A stretch of 64,000 bases of DNA, from NCBI GenBank assembly GCA_016186995.1, contig JACPKQ010000020.1, positions 9,330-73,329 on the forward strand, given 5' to 3'. The position numbers were made by a program, and so were the translations under genes. The first letter of the stretch is position 1, and every line of letters starts with the position of its first letter. The notes under the pieces were generated by a model. That model ran no database searches. It saw only the letters and a list, made by a program, of their open reading frames with translations, and was not told the DNA's origin. This DNA comes from Deltaproteobacteria bacterium. GTDB taxonomy: Bacteria > Bdellovibrionota > JACOXK01. Shown here piece after piece: positions 20,591-29,408 of this stretch.

Positions 20591-21465
20591 GGATGGAATA
20601 CCCCCTGATTCATTAACTTTTTATACACTCTATAAATTAAAGAATCATTAAAAGAAGGAACAAACTTTTTTAATAAATAAAAGGCATGAGCATCTGGATT
20701 AATCAAAGTAAGTTTTTTCTTGTGTACAATGGCTTGAATAATCGTGTGAGATGCTTTTTCTGGATTTGAGCCAAACTTTTTCACAATCCTATTCATTTTG
20801 TGAACCCGGTCATCCTCTCCTTCTCCGTGAGAAAGAGGCCCTAATATTGAATGACTCGCAATTTGTGTTTTGACAAAAGCGGGGCAAATCGTACAGACAG
20901 CGACTCTATCCTTAAGCTCTAGACTCAACGCCTCAGAAAACCCAACCACTCCAAACTTTGAAGTGCTATAAGCAACCATACCTGGCATGCCAATGAGTCC
21001 CCCCAAAGAAGAAATATTGACGATAGCCCCATTCTTACTTTCTAATAATTTTGGAAGTAGAGCTTTTGTGAGCCGAACAGTTCCCATTAAATTGGTTTCA
21101 ATCACCGTCTCAAAATCTTCAATTTTTGATTTTTCAAAAAGCCCACTATAAGTAACACCCGCATTATTAATGAGAATATCAAGGGGATGATCAGCAATTT
21201 CTTCTATAGCTTTTTCGAAATTTTTTTTTGATGACAAATCACAATGTAAAATTTTAATTTTTTGAGAACGATGAGATGGATTGCCCACATCTTCTAAGTC
21301 TTTCTTTAATATCTCAAGTCCTTTTAGATTTTTATCTAATATGGTTAAATGACAATGCTCCTTAAAATAAAAATCCTTACTTAACTGACGCCCTATTCCT
21401 GACGCGGCACCTGTAATAAAAACGTGGTTATTTTTAAAATGAAACTTTTTTCGAAACAAACTCAT
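20587..21465 (-). CDS. Short-chain dehydrogenase/reductase
   Basis: TGAASGIG, NNAG, YSTSK; likely start ATG 21465 rather than 21642. Confidence 0.9.
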   Translation of the reverse strand: MSLFRKKFHFKNNHVFITGAASGIGRQLSKDFYFKEHCHLTILDKNLKGLEILKKDLEDVGNPSHRSQKIKILHCDLSSKKNFEKAIEEIADHPLDILINNAGVTYSGLFEKSKIEDFETVIETNLMGTVRLTKALLPKLLESKNGAIVNISSLGGLIGMPGMVAYSTSKFGVVGFSEALSLELKDRVAVCTICPAFVKTQIASHSILGPLSHGEGEDDRVHKMNRIVKKFGSNPEKASHTIIQAIVHKKKLTLINPDAHAFYLLKKFVPSFNDSLIYRVYKKLMNQGVFHP

Positions 21466-21714
21466 AACCCTATATAGTATGCAAACATGTGTTGGCAAGG
21501 GACTTTCTTCAAGGGGCCCCTCTTCGCTGTCTAATTCTCCCAATCCCTCACCAGGTTTCACGACTTGAGTCAATACGGTAGAAAGCATACCCCTTACGGG
21601 ATGCTGAGATGTGCTAAAATCGACAAATTGCGTCACATCCATGTAAACCAGATTAACAGAGATTCTTTATAAATAACTGAATTTACTCATATTTTATTTA
21701 TTAAATTATGGCAT

Positions 21715-22413
21715 GTGTTTTGCTATTTGTACTATGATATGAAGAAACGCTCTCTTTTCTACATTTTTGGTCTGGCTGCGCTTGGTTTTGTGGCGCTCAA
21801 CGTAACACCTTCACATCAGATTTTTGCAGCAGCTACCCAGGAACGGTCTAAAATCCTAAAACCACATCAGAAGGTCAAAGAGTCTTCTAAAATTGAAGAT
21901 ATAAACCACTTTATTTTGGCAGATAAAACCGTGTACATGAGTGTGAGCAATCAGGTATGGATATCTCAAGATATTAATGCAAAGGAATACTTAAAAAAAG
22001 TTTATCACATTCACGGAACATTAAATGCTGAGAGTAATAAAGATATCGATCCGAACCCCTGGTGGGGCAGTGGGTATGCAGGACAGGTCAACCATCACAC
22101 CATAAAAACAGAAGTGGATGCTGAATATATGATATTTTTAGTCACATCTAGTTTCAAAGCTCATATATCCATTAGAAAAAAGAATCATAATCTCGACTCG
22201 ATTCTAGATTCAGCTTTTGAGACGACAGAAGATTTCGGTGGAAAAAATGTGAGTGCGAGCTTGCGTTTTAAAACAGATACAGGTGCTGTGAGGTTTGATG
22301 CTGGAACATTAGGTGAAACCCATATCAGTGTGAGCAATGGTATGGGTAATACTTCTCTTTATGGTGACTATGACCTCATTGTTTTCAAAGTGCTTCCCTA
22401 TAAATCTAAATAG
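21715..22413 (+). CDS. Secreted hypothetical protein
   Basis: Open frame with signal-like N-terminus (likely start MKKRSL); family not recognised. Confidence 0.6.
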   Translation: MFCYLYYDMKKRSLFYIFGLAALGFVALNVTPSHQIFAAATQERSKILKPHQKVKESSKIEDINHFILADKTVYMSVSNQVWISQDINAKEYLKKVYHIHGTLNAESNKDIDPNPWWGSGYAGQVNHHTIKTEVDAEYMIFLVTSSFKAHISIRKKNHNLDSILDSAFETTEDFGGKNVSASLRFKTDTGAVRFDAGTLGETHISVSNGMGNTSLYGDYDLIVFKVLPYKSK

Positions 22414-22487
22414 ACGATCTTTAAAAGAAAAGCCGATCCCTTAGAATATTTCTAAATTAGCTTCATTCTATCTTTTTCTAACTTCAT

Positions 22488-23135
22488 TTATTTAAATTGA
22501 TATTGAATGAGTACTTTTAAATAAAGTTCTTCGAGGGCTCGTTCATCATTTTCAGTGGGTACACGAATACAAGTTGCATTTCCGCCTTTATACATCAAAT
22601 CATTTGGATTTGTAGAATGCTGTAAACCTAAAAGATGTCCTACTTCATGTGCAACAGTATTCTCTAAGCATTGTGAAAAGTACTCACGCCATCCACCCAT
22701 ATGCCACTGATCCATGGTATGAAATGAAACATCAGAGTTAATAAAGATATCTGCTCCCAAAAGTGGTTTAGAAGATTGATCATAACATGTTATTAGTTTT
22801 GTACATGCCGCTGTATTTGGAGATAAGTCCAACCTTACAACAACATGAAGATTATCACTATGATCAATAGGAACTTCTTTAATCCCCATATACTTAAAAT
22901 GAATTTCTTTCCCTGCTAATTTTGAAAGAATTGGTTCCCAATTTTTAAATCCCTGTTTGATTGTGGCAATTTCTTCAGTTGTAAATTGATCGGGATAAAT
23001 AGTGTATTCTGTTTGAAACACAGGTTGAATATAACGATTAAAAATGGAGGTTCTTTCACGACTAGAAAAGTCTGTTACCCGACATGCCGACAAAGAAAAC
23101 ATAACGGAAATAATAACGAAGAGCTTCAATTTCAT
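22488..23135 (-). CDS. Matrixin-family zinc metalloprotease lipoprotein (paralog 2)
   Basis: LSAC lipobox, HEVGHLLGLQH, DLMY Met-turn; colinear with 14521-15216. Confidence 0.8.
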   Translation of the reverse strand: MKLKLFVIISVMFSLSACRVTDFSSRERTSIFNRYIQPVFQTEYTIYPDQFTTEEIATIKQGFKNWEPILSKLAGKEIHFKYMGIKEVPIDHSDNLHVVVRLDLSPNTAACTKLITCYDQSSKPLLGADIFINSDVSFHTMDQWHMGGWREYFSQCLENTVAHEVGHLLGLQHSTNPNDLMYKGGNATCIRVPTENDERALEELYLKVLIQYQFK

Positions 23136-23280
23136 GCCATGCATATAGTCATAAAACAAACATTATGCAATATGTATCTGGCCTTATTCAATAAATTATT
23201 GCGTCTTAAAAAAATTGAACGCATAGGCTTAGGTCGAAGTACGAGATATAGAAAACTGTAATTAAGCTTTTATTAGAAAG

Positions 23281-23460
23281 CCGGATCTTCAATCTGGAAA
23301 TATTAGTTACAAACTTATGAAATCTATTGGACAGGCAGAGGTTGTGGTCCCCATTTTACTTGGAATGAAAAAACCAGTTCACGTATTACAACACAACTGC
23401 TCTGTTACAGACATTGTTAACATGGCCGCCATAACAGTTGTTGAGGCTAAAGATAAATAA
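23281..23460 (+). pseudogene. 3' remnant of MaeB-type malic enzyme/phosphotransacetylase domain
   Basis: PDLQSGNISYKLMKSIGQAEVVVPILLGMKKPVHVLQHNCSVTDIVNMAAITVVEAKDK*; in-frame TAA at 23263. Confidence 0.8.
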
Positions 23461-23481
23461 AGAATACCAAAAAGCCACCCA

Positions 23482-24255
23482 TCAAATGATTCCGCTTCCC
23501 AACAAAATAGCAATGATCCCTAACAAAACTGCGACGGATAGTTGAACACCTTTAAACGTTATTTTCTTCAACAGCTTGTTTCCAATATAAGCACCGGTGA
23601 ACGCAGATAGCGTTGCGGCAACCAACACAATAATATTGTCATTGAAGTTCAGTGCCAACATGTGTGTCCCATAAACAGAAATTCGTATAAAATCAACCAA
23701 ACACGCAGTCACGATCCCTGTTCCAATAAATTTTTCTTTGGATATGCCTGTACGAATCAGAAAAGCACTCCGCAAAGCACCTTGATGTCCTGACAGCCCA
23801 CCGAAAAATCCACTAAGAACTCCGCCAAGCGGAAGGAGTTTCTTGTCCACAGTCCATTGATTTAGTTTTGGAACAATTTCAAACATACAAAAAATAACCA
23901 TCAAAACAGCAATGGCAACCTTGACCGGTTCAACACTGTATTCAGTTCCATTGAGCATGTATGTGAACAGCGGATCAAAATCAGTTAGGGTAACAAGAAG
24001 ATATGACCCCACAAACGCGGCAGGAATCGTCGGAAGTGAAAAGCGCAGGAAAACAGACTTGTCCACGTGCCTTCCAACAAGGCCAAGTTTAAACAGGTTG
24101 TTCAAAAAATGAACCACCGCTGTCAAACCAACAGCAACCTGAATCGGAAAAAAAAGCGAAAAAACAGGAAGTAAAATTGTTCCGAGGCCAAAACCTGAAA
24201 AAAAAGTCAGGCCCGAACCCATAAGTGCAACAATTGAAATCAGCAATATATCCAT
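23482..24255 (-). CDS. TauE/SafE family sulfite exporter-like membrane protein
   Basis: FFSGFGLGT and GGLSGHQGALRS repeats, highly hydrophobic. Confidence 0.85.
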   Translation of the reverse strand: MDILLISIVALMGSGLTFFSGFGLGTILLPVFSLFFPIQVAVGLTAVVHFLNNLFKLGLVGRHVDKSVFLRFSLPTIPAAFVGSYLLVTLTDFDPLFTYMLNGTEYSVEPVKVAIAVLMVIFCMFEIVPKLNQWTVDKKLLPLGGVLSGFFGGLSGHQGALRSAFLIRTGISKEKFIGTGIVTACLVDFIRISVYGTHMLALNFNDNIIVLVAATLSAFTGAYIGNKLLKKITFKGVQLSVAVLLGIIAILLGSGII

Positions 24256-24262
24256 ACAAGTT

Positions 24263-24335
24263 TGGACCCGACTGGTTTCGAACCAGCGACCTCGTCAATG
24301 CCATTGACGCGCTCTCCCAGCTGAGCTACGGGCCC
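24263..24335 (-). tRNA. tRNA-Ala(GGC), CCA not encoded
   Basis: GGGCCCG/CGGGTCC acceptor stem with G3:U70, anticodon stem CGTCA/TGACG with loop ATGGCAT, GGTTCGAA T-arm; 73 nt. Confidence 0.96.
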
Positions 24336-24389
24336 ATATTGTATTCCAACTTCACTACCCATAACCCATTGTAGAAACACTCCCTTTTT

Positions 24390-24989
24390 TTATCCTCGAA
24401 TAATACTTACTTTAGTAATCACCACATCTTTCAACGGTTTATCTCGCCCATCTCTTTCCACATGAGCTATTTGAGTCACAACTTCAAAGCCTTCAACAAC
24501 TTGACCAAAAATAGAATGGCGATCATCTAACCAAGGTGTAGGCACCTCTGTAATAAAAAATTGAGAACCATTCGTATTAGGGCCAGCATTGGCCATAGAA
24601 AGCATGCCGGGTTTATCGTGTCGAAGCTCTGAGTTAAATTCATCAGAGAACTCATAACCAGGGCCTCCCATTCCTGTTCCTGTCGGATCTCCACCCTGAA
24701 TCATAAAGTTAGGAATAACACGGTGAAAAACAATACCGTCATAATAAGGCCGTTTAACTTCTTCCCCTGTTTCGGGATCAGTAAATTCCTTTGTACCTTC
24801 AGCTAAACCCACAAAATTAGCCACTGTTTTTGGAGCTTGCTTATGAAAAAGCTCAATCTTTATGGTTCCCATATTGGTTTCCATGATAGCATACATTTTT
24901 TTTCCCTCTCCTTTAACAAAAATTAAATAGAAAACACCTAAAACAACAAAACAAGTGAACACGACAGCTAATATTTTTTTATATTTCAT
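24390..24989 (-). CDS. Cyclophilin-type peptidyl-prolyl isomerase with N-terminal anchor
   Basis: [32 protein letters not shown]. Confidence 0.95.
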   Translation of the reverse strand: MKYKKILAVVFTCFVVLGVFYLIFVKGEGKKMYAIMETNMGTIKIELFHKQAPKTVANFVGLAEGTKEFTDPETGEEVKRPYYDGIVFHRVIPNFMIQGGDPTGTGMGGPGYEFSDEFNSELRHDKPGMLSMANAGPNTNGSQFFITEVPTPWLDDRHSIFGQVVEGFEVVTQIAHVERDGRDKPLKDVVITKVSIIRG

Positions 24990-25080
24990 AACGGCTCCGG
25001 GAGAGTTCTTAGCCAGACTCTCGTGGGCTCATTTAACAATTCAGAATAATTTTTGACAAGATTTTTTTTAAAATGAGTTA

Positions 25081-25608
25081 TCACACAAACTTTTTTAAGT
25101 AACGATACATAATATAAATTAAAGAAATAAAAACCAAAACCCACTTTATCAAGGCACAAAAGGTGGCTAAGAATACAAGGTAAGAAAAGAGATCCTTCGC
25201 TGCGCTCAGGATGACGGGAGAGTCGCTCAGAACAACATTATTTAGTAAAATAAGATGAAAAGAATTTTCCACCCAATCTAAAATGGCAGCAAGAAATGGT
25301 AGTAATAAAAAAGGTAGCTGTGCTTTCTGGATTCCGATAAGACTTGAAAGAAAAAAAGAATAAGCAATGGGAAAAAAATAATCAACATAAAGTATGTTTT
25401 TAAAAGCCTGTACGCCTTGATCTCCCCAAAGCATCAAGATGTTTTGAAAGGCTTCCAGAGAATAAACAAATTGTATCTCTAAAGGTGTTGGAGAGTGTGA
25501 AGGGCGTGCTTGATCAAAATATCCAAAAATAAAAATACAAAGAAGACCTGCAAAAAAAGAACCCCATAAAATGTAAGGAGATTTAAGTTTTTTATAAAAA
25601 GATTCCAT
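25081..25608 (-). CDS. Hypothetical membrane protein
   Basis: Four hydrophobic segments; DYFFPIAY and DWVEN motifs. Confidence 0.7.
   Translation of the reverse strand: MESFYKKLKSPYILWGSFFAGLLCIFIFGYFDQARPSHSPTPLEIQFVYSLEAFQNILMLWGDQGVQAFKNILYVDYFFPIAYSFFLSSLIGIQKAQLPFLLLPFLAAILDWVENSFHLILLNNVVLSDSPVILSAAKDLFSYLVFLATFCALIKWVLVFISLIYIMYRYLKKFV
25189..25215 (-). repeat. GTCA-footed palindromic repeat, in frame
   Basis: Minus strand GTCATCCTGAGCGCAGCGAAGGATCTC encodes VILSAAKDL; degenerate partial copy just upstream. Confidence 0.8.
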
Positions 25609-25618
25609 TTATTTTAAT

Positions 25619-26038
25619 TTAAGACAAAGATTTTTCAAAGTTTTCAATTTTTTTTCTTAATTTATCCATCATAGGAACAACTTTATTTTCATGATAATTA
25701 TAAGTAACTTGAACAGTTTTTCCACTGGCTAAAAGGGTTCCTGTTTTGTGATCTTTCACTTCATAATCCATATCAAAACTGGAGTTTCCAATACGTGTTA
25801 TGCCACAGAAAATATCTAATGAATCTCCTCCAAAACTGGGTGCTTTAAAATCACAACTGACATGGGCTAAAATAAATGAAAAATCTTTTAAAGAACGAGC
25901 ACGATCGTAACCCAAAGCCTTTACATAAGCTAAACGAGCCTCTTCAAAATAAGTAATATAAGCTGCATTATTAGTATGGGCTAGGCCATCCACATCTGAA
26001 AAACGAACATGAAGACTGTGTTTAAATTTAAGTTTCAT
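25619..26038 (-). CDS. 4HBT-like acyl-CoA thioesterase
   Basis: VRFSDVDGLAHTNNAAYITYFEEAR hotdog motif. Confidence 0.9.
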   Translation of the reverse strand: MKLKFKHSLHVRFSDVDGLAHTNNAAYITYFEEARLAYVKALGYDRARSLKDFSFILAHVSCDFKAPSFGGDSLDIFCGITRIGNSSFDMDYEVKDHKTGTLLASGKTVQVTYNYHENKVVPMMDKLRKKIENFEKSLS

Positions 26039-26049
26039 TTCTATAAGCA

Positions 26050-26089
26050 CCCTCCCCTTTGTCCCCTCCCATCAAGGGAGGGGACAAAG
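26050..26089 (+). repeat. CCCTC-family palindromic repeat (may act as terminator)
   Basis: Perfect 14-bp stem CTTTGTCCCCTCCC-ATCAA-GGGAGGGGACAAAG preceded by CCCTCCC. Confidence 0.75.
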
Positions 26090-26094
26090 AAAAA

Positions 26095-27201
26095 CTAAAA
26101 TAAATATTCTGGTGTTGGAAATTTATTAACTAATAAATGCTTTGCTTCAGTAAAAACTGTTTTATATCCCTCATCTTCATAAGTTACATCAAATTTCAAA
26201 AGCCCTTTAAGAACAACCTCGACTGAAGCTCTTTCAAATAAAATTTTATAAAGCCCTTCTGTAATAGGCATTGGAATTTGAAATTTTTGAGAAATTTCGT
26301 AAGCAATTTCCGTTGTATAAACCCCTTCTACAACCATTCCAATTTCCTTTAAAATAGCTTCTTTGCTTTTTCCTTGAGAGAGTAGCCTTCCAAAAGTATT
26401 GTTCCGACTTAAAGTTGAAAAACAGGTTGTTACTAAATCTCCCATTCCAGAAAGCCCCAAAAAAGTCTCCTTTTGTGCCCCTAAAAAAACTCCTAAACGA
26501 GTCATCTCTCCTAACCCCCGTGTTACTAAAAATGATTTTGAATTTGTTTGAAGTCCTAAGCCCGTTGCAATTCCAGATCCAATAGCAATAATGTTTTTGA
26601 GCGCACCCCCTAACTCAACACCTTTTAAATCATAACTACCATAAACTTTAAAAGGAAAATAGGAACTGGATCCCGGATCTTTGTGCGGGATGACAGAGGT
26701 AGAAAACAAATCGATAACATCATGAATGACTTCTTCATAATGAGAACCCACCACAGCCCCTGAGGGCTGACCTGATAAAATTTCATTTGCAATATTAGGC
26801 CCTGAAAGAGAGCCTACTTTTTTACAACAGGTTTCCTCCTTAAGAATATCTGACATTGTTTTGCATGTTCCTTTTTCAATTCCTTTCGTACCACTTACAA
26901 GAATCTGATCGCCCCTCACTGTATGACCTAATTCAAAGGAAACTTCACGAAAAACTTGTGAAGGTACAATCACAAATATAATAGAACAGTGATCTGTCAC
27001 TTCTTTTAAATTTTGAGTTGCTTTTATTTTTTTGGAAAGTGGAGAAGAACCTGTATATTTCTTATTGGTGTGATACTCATTCATCTCATGTAACACTTCT
27101 CTATTTCGAGTGCACAAAACAACATCGCGCCCATTTGTAGCTAACAGATGTGCAACCGTTGTTCCCCAATTACCCGAACCTATAACACCCACTTTATTCA
27201 T
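26095..27201 (-). CDS. gpsA: NAD(P)H-dependent glycerol-3-phosphate dehydrogenase
   Basis: GSGNWGT, LSGPNIA, GGALKNIIA, GDLVTTC..SRN. Confidence 0.95.
   Translation of the reverse strand: MNKVGVIGSGNWGTTVAHLLATNGRDVVLCTRNREVLHEMNEYHTNKKYTGSSPLSKKIKATQNLKEVTDHCSIIFVIVPSQVFREVSFELGHTVRGDQILVSGTKGIEKGTCKTMSDILKEETCCKKVGSLSGPNIANEILSGQPSGAVVGSHYEEVIHDVIDLFSTSVIPHKDPGSSSYFPFKVYGSYDLKGVELGGALKNIIAIGSGIATGLGLQTNSKSFLVTRGLGEMTRLGVFLGAQKETFLGLSGMGDLVTTCFSTLSRNNTFGRLLSQGKSKEAILKEIGMVVEGVYTTEIAYEISQKFQIPMPITEGLYKILFERASVEVVLKGLLKFDVTYEDEGYKTVFTEAKHLLVNKFPTPEYLF
26666..26694 (-). repeat. GTCA-footed palindromic repeat, in frame in gpsA
   Basis: Minus strand GTCATCCCGCACAAAGATCCGGGATCCAG encodes VIPHKDPGSS. 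Confidence 0.8.
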
Positions 27202-28832
27202 AAACTCCCTCTTAAAGCACCTTCAATGTTATATCCCACAAGTCTATTATGATAATAATAAAGAAGAAAAATATCTCCTATGTAAATTTCATTTCCCTTT
27301 CTATAAATAGTTTTTCTTTTATGATAAGTAGCGAAAATTCGAAGAGCGTTGTGAAGAATTTCTGAAGATGTTTTTTTTCTTAAACTGTCACTATAACTAA
27401 TTTTATTCTTCGCACTTAAATCACTCAAGATTTTTCTAACCACATCAATCTGTTCACACACAACACCCACAGGAATAGGTTTAAAATAGGCGTGTTTCCG
27501 AGAAAACTGATAAATATCCCCTTTATTTTGAGAGGCTATGTATTCATAAAGAGTAAAAGCCACAAGATGAGTGCTTAAAACTCTATTATTTTTGTGAAAA
27601 ACTTCTAAAAGTGATTGTCCTAATTCACGAGTATAGTTTTGATCTCTGTCTTCGTTTAGAAGTATTTTTCTATTTTTCTCGACATATTTTTGAATATCAA
27701 TAGTTCTTCCGTGTCGATCCATGGAAACCCCATTTTGATCCACTTGATTTCCAAAAAGATCAAGTGGATCACCAAAATGAATGAATGTTTTAGAATGAAG
27801 TTTTGTATACGTTTTCAGAAAAGAAAAAATTCTTTGGGGTTTTGAAAATTCATCATTTTCAATAATGTACCTGGATTTTCCAACTGCTCTTAAAAAATCA
27901 TCTATCAATGTTTCTGCTTCTAAAGTTAAATGCGAGCTTAAATTCATAGGAATGACAAAAATATTTTTATTTTTCTTCTTGTGTTGAAGATTGCGAATAT
28001 AAGCCTTGATCCCCCCACCCATAAGACCTAGCTTAAGCTTTTTCTCAACAGCTCCTGAACGGCTTCTTGTACCCCCTGGAAAAAACAAATTATGAAAACC
28101 CATCTCTAAAGAACTTGTTGTATATTCTTTAAGAACATTTTTATAAAGTTCATGAACTTTAAGCCGGTCTACTTTATAAGCCCCTAAGTTTTTCATGAAA
28201 TAACCAATCAATTTACTTCTAAAAAGATTAAGCCCTGCCCCGTACATCACAGGATCAAGCCCTGCTTGATGAAGTGCTGTTCCAATCAAAATAGAATCTA
28301 AGTTACTTACATGGGTAGGTGTGTAAATGAGAGTTGCTTCATGTGAGAGCTTTCCAATTCGTTCAAGATCTCCTGTAAGAACAAGATTTTCATTAATGAA
28401 AGATTTTGTATAAGAATAAAACCTCTTCAAAGAAGATGCATTCATAAGGAAATCTAAAAAACGAGGAATAATCTGAACTGAAAAACGATAGGTTTTAGGG
28501 TTGAAGTTTCCAACAATTTCGTCGGTATAATTAAAAATAGCTTCCTTAAAAATATAGGCTTTATCTTCTTCATCTAAAGTTTTTACGTATCTCTGCCTAA
28601 AACGATTCCAGTAAGAAAGCTCTCTTTTTTTCTTAAAACCCCATGAAACTCTCTTAACCCTTTGAGTTTCCCAATAAATCATGTCCTCAATAAGCTCATC
28701 TTTCTTGCTTTGAGGATAGGAAAGTACCTCTAGCAAAGAGTTATCAATAACTCTTTGCTTAAGCTCCTTTTTTCTATCTTCGGTAAAGTGGAATAAACTC
28801 ATGGGAGGCACAACATAGGCTAAAATACCCAT
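27198..28832 (-). CDS. PlsB-like glycerol-3-phosphate/DHAP acyltransferase
   Basis: HVSNLD (HX4D), FFPGGTRSRSG; overlaps gpsA start. Confidence 0.85.
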   Translation of the reverse strand: MGILAYVVPPMSLFHFTEDRKKELKQRVIDNSLLEVLSYPQSKKDELIEDMIYWETQRVKRVSWGFKKKRELSYWNRFRQRYVKTLDEEDKAYIFKEAIFNYTDEIVGNFNPKTYRFSVQIIPRFLDFLMNASSLKRFYSYTKSFINENLVLTGDLERIGKLSHEATLIYTPTHVSNLDSILIGTALHQAGLDPVMYGAGLNLFRSKLIGYFMKNLGAYKVDRLKVHELYKNVLKEYTTSSLEMGFHNLFFPGGTRSRSGAVEKKLKLGLMGGGIKAYIRNLQHKKKNKNIFVIPMNLSSHLTLEAETLIDDFLRAVGKSRYIIENDEFSKPQRIFSFLKTYTKLHSKTFIHFGDPLDLFGNQVDQNGVSMDRHGRTIDIQKYVEKNRKILLNEDRDQNYTRELGQSLLEVFHKNNRVLSTHLVAFTLYEYIASQNKGDIYQFSRKHAYFKPIPVGVVCEQIDVVRKILSDLSAKNKISYSDSLRKKTSSEILHNALRIFATYHKRKTIYRKGNEIYIGDIFLLYYYHNRLVGYNIEGALRGSL

Positions 28833-28986
28833 AAAATCAAACCCCTAAAAATCTACTAGCTTTTCTTTTTAATTCTGCTATATTCGCCACCATTAAAGTT
28901 AACCAGTCGCAAGTGGGCTCGAGTTTTTTTGAAAAAATATTCTCCTTGCTCTTTTTAGCGACACCAAAACTCATAGGAGGGTATTT

Positions 28987-29301
28987 ATGGCAAAAAAACT
29001 TTATGTAGGGAATCTAAGTTACACAACCACAGAACAAGATCTTTCTGATCTGTTCTCACAATGCGGAACTGTTGAATCTGCAAAAATCATCACTGACAGA
29101 GACACAGGTCGCAGCAAAGGCTTTGGCTTTGTTGAAATGTCAAATGACGATGAAGCACAAGCAGCCATCAGCAAGTTTAATAATGCAGAACAAGATGGAC
29201 GCGCACTTAAAGTCAACGAAGCAAGACCTATGGCACCACGAAGTGGTGGCCGTGGTGGCGGTGGCGGAAGATTCGGTGGCGGCTTCAGCAGAAGAAGATA
29301 A
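28987..29301 (+). CDS. RRM RNA-binding protein with Gly/Arg-rich tail
   Basis: LYVGNL RNP2, KGFGFVEM RNP1; GGAGG RBS. Confidence 0.95.
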   Translation: MAKKLYVGNLSYTTTEQDLSDLFSQCGTVESAKIITDRDTGRSKGFGFVEMSNDDEAQAAISKFNNAEQDGRALKVNEARPMAPRSGGRGGGGGRFGGGFSRRR

Positions 29302-29320
29302 TTATTTTTCCAAACAAATA

Positions 29321-29356
29321 GAAAGAGGGTGGTAAACAAAACCACCCTCTTTTTTT
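29321..29356 (+). terminator. Intrinsic terminator after the RRM gene
   Basis: AAAGAGGGTGGT-loop-ACCACCCTCTTT followed by a T run. Confidence 0.9.
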
Positions 29357-29408
29357 ATTTCCTCAAAAGTATGGGTTCAAAGAATTAAAAAGCTAAAATA
29401 ATTTAGTT

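Noticed and set aside
24089-24304. 71 aa ORF overlapping the tRNA and tauE
   Set aside because: Starts inside the tRNA and is out of frame with tauE; spurious.
29240-29290. GGTGGC-type repeats in the RRM gene
   Set aside because: Ordinary Gly-rich tail codons.
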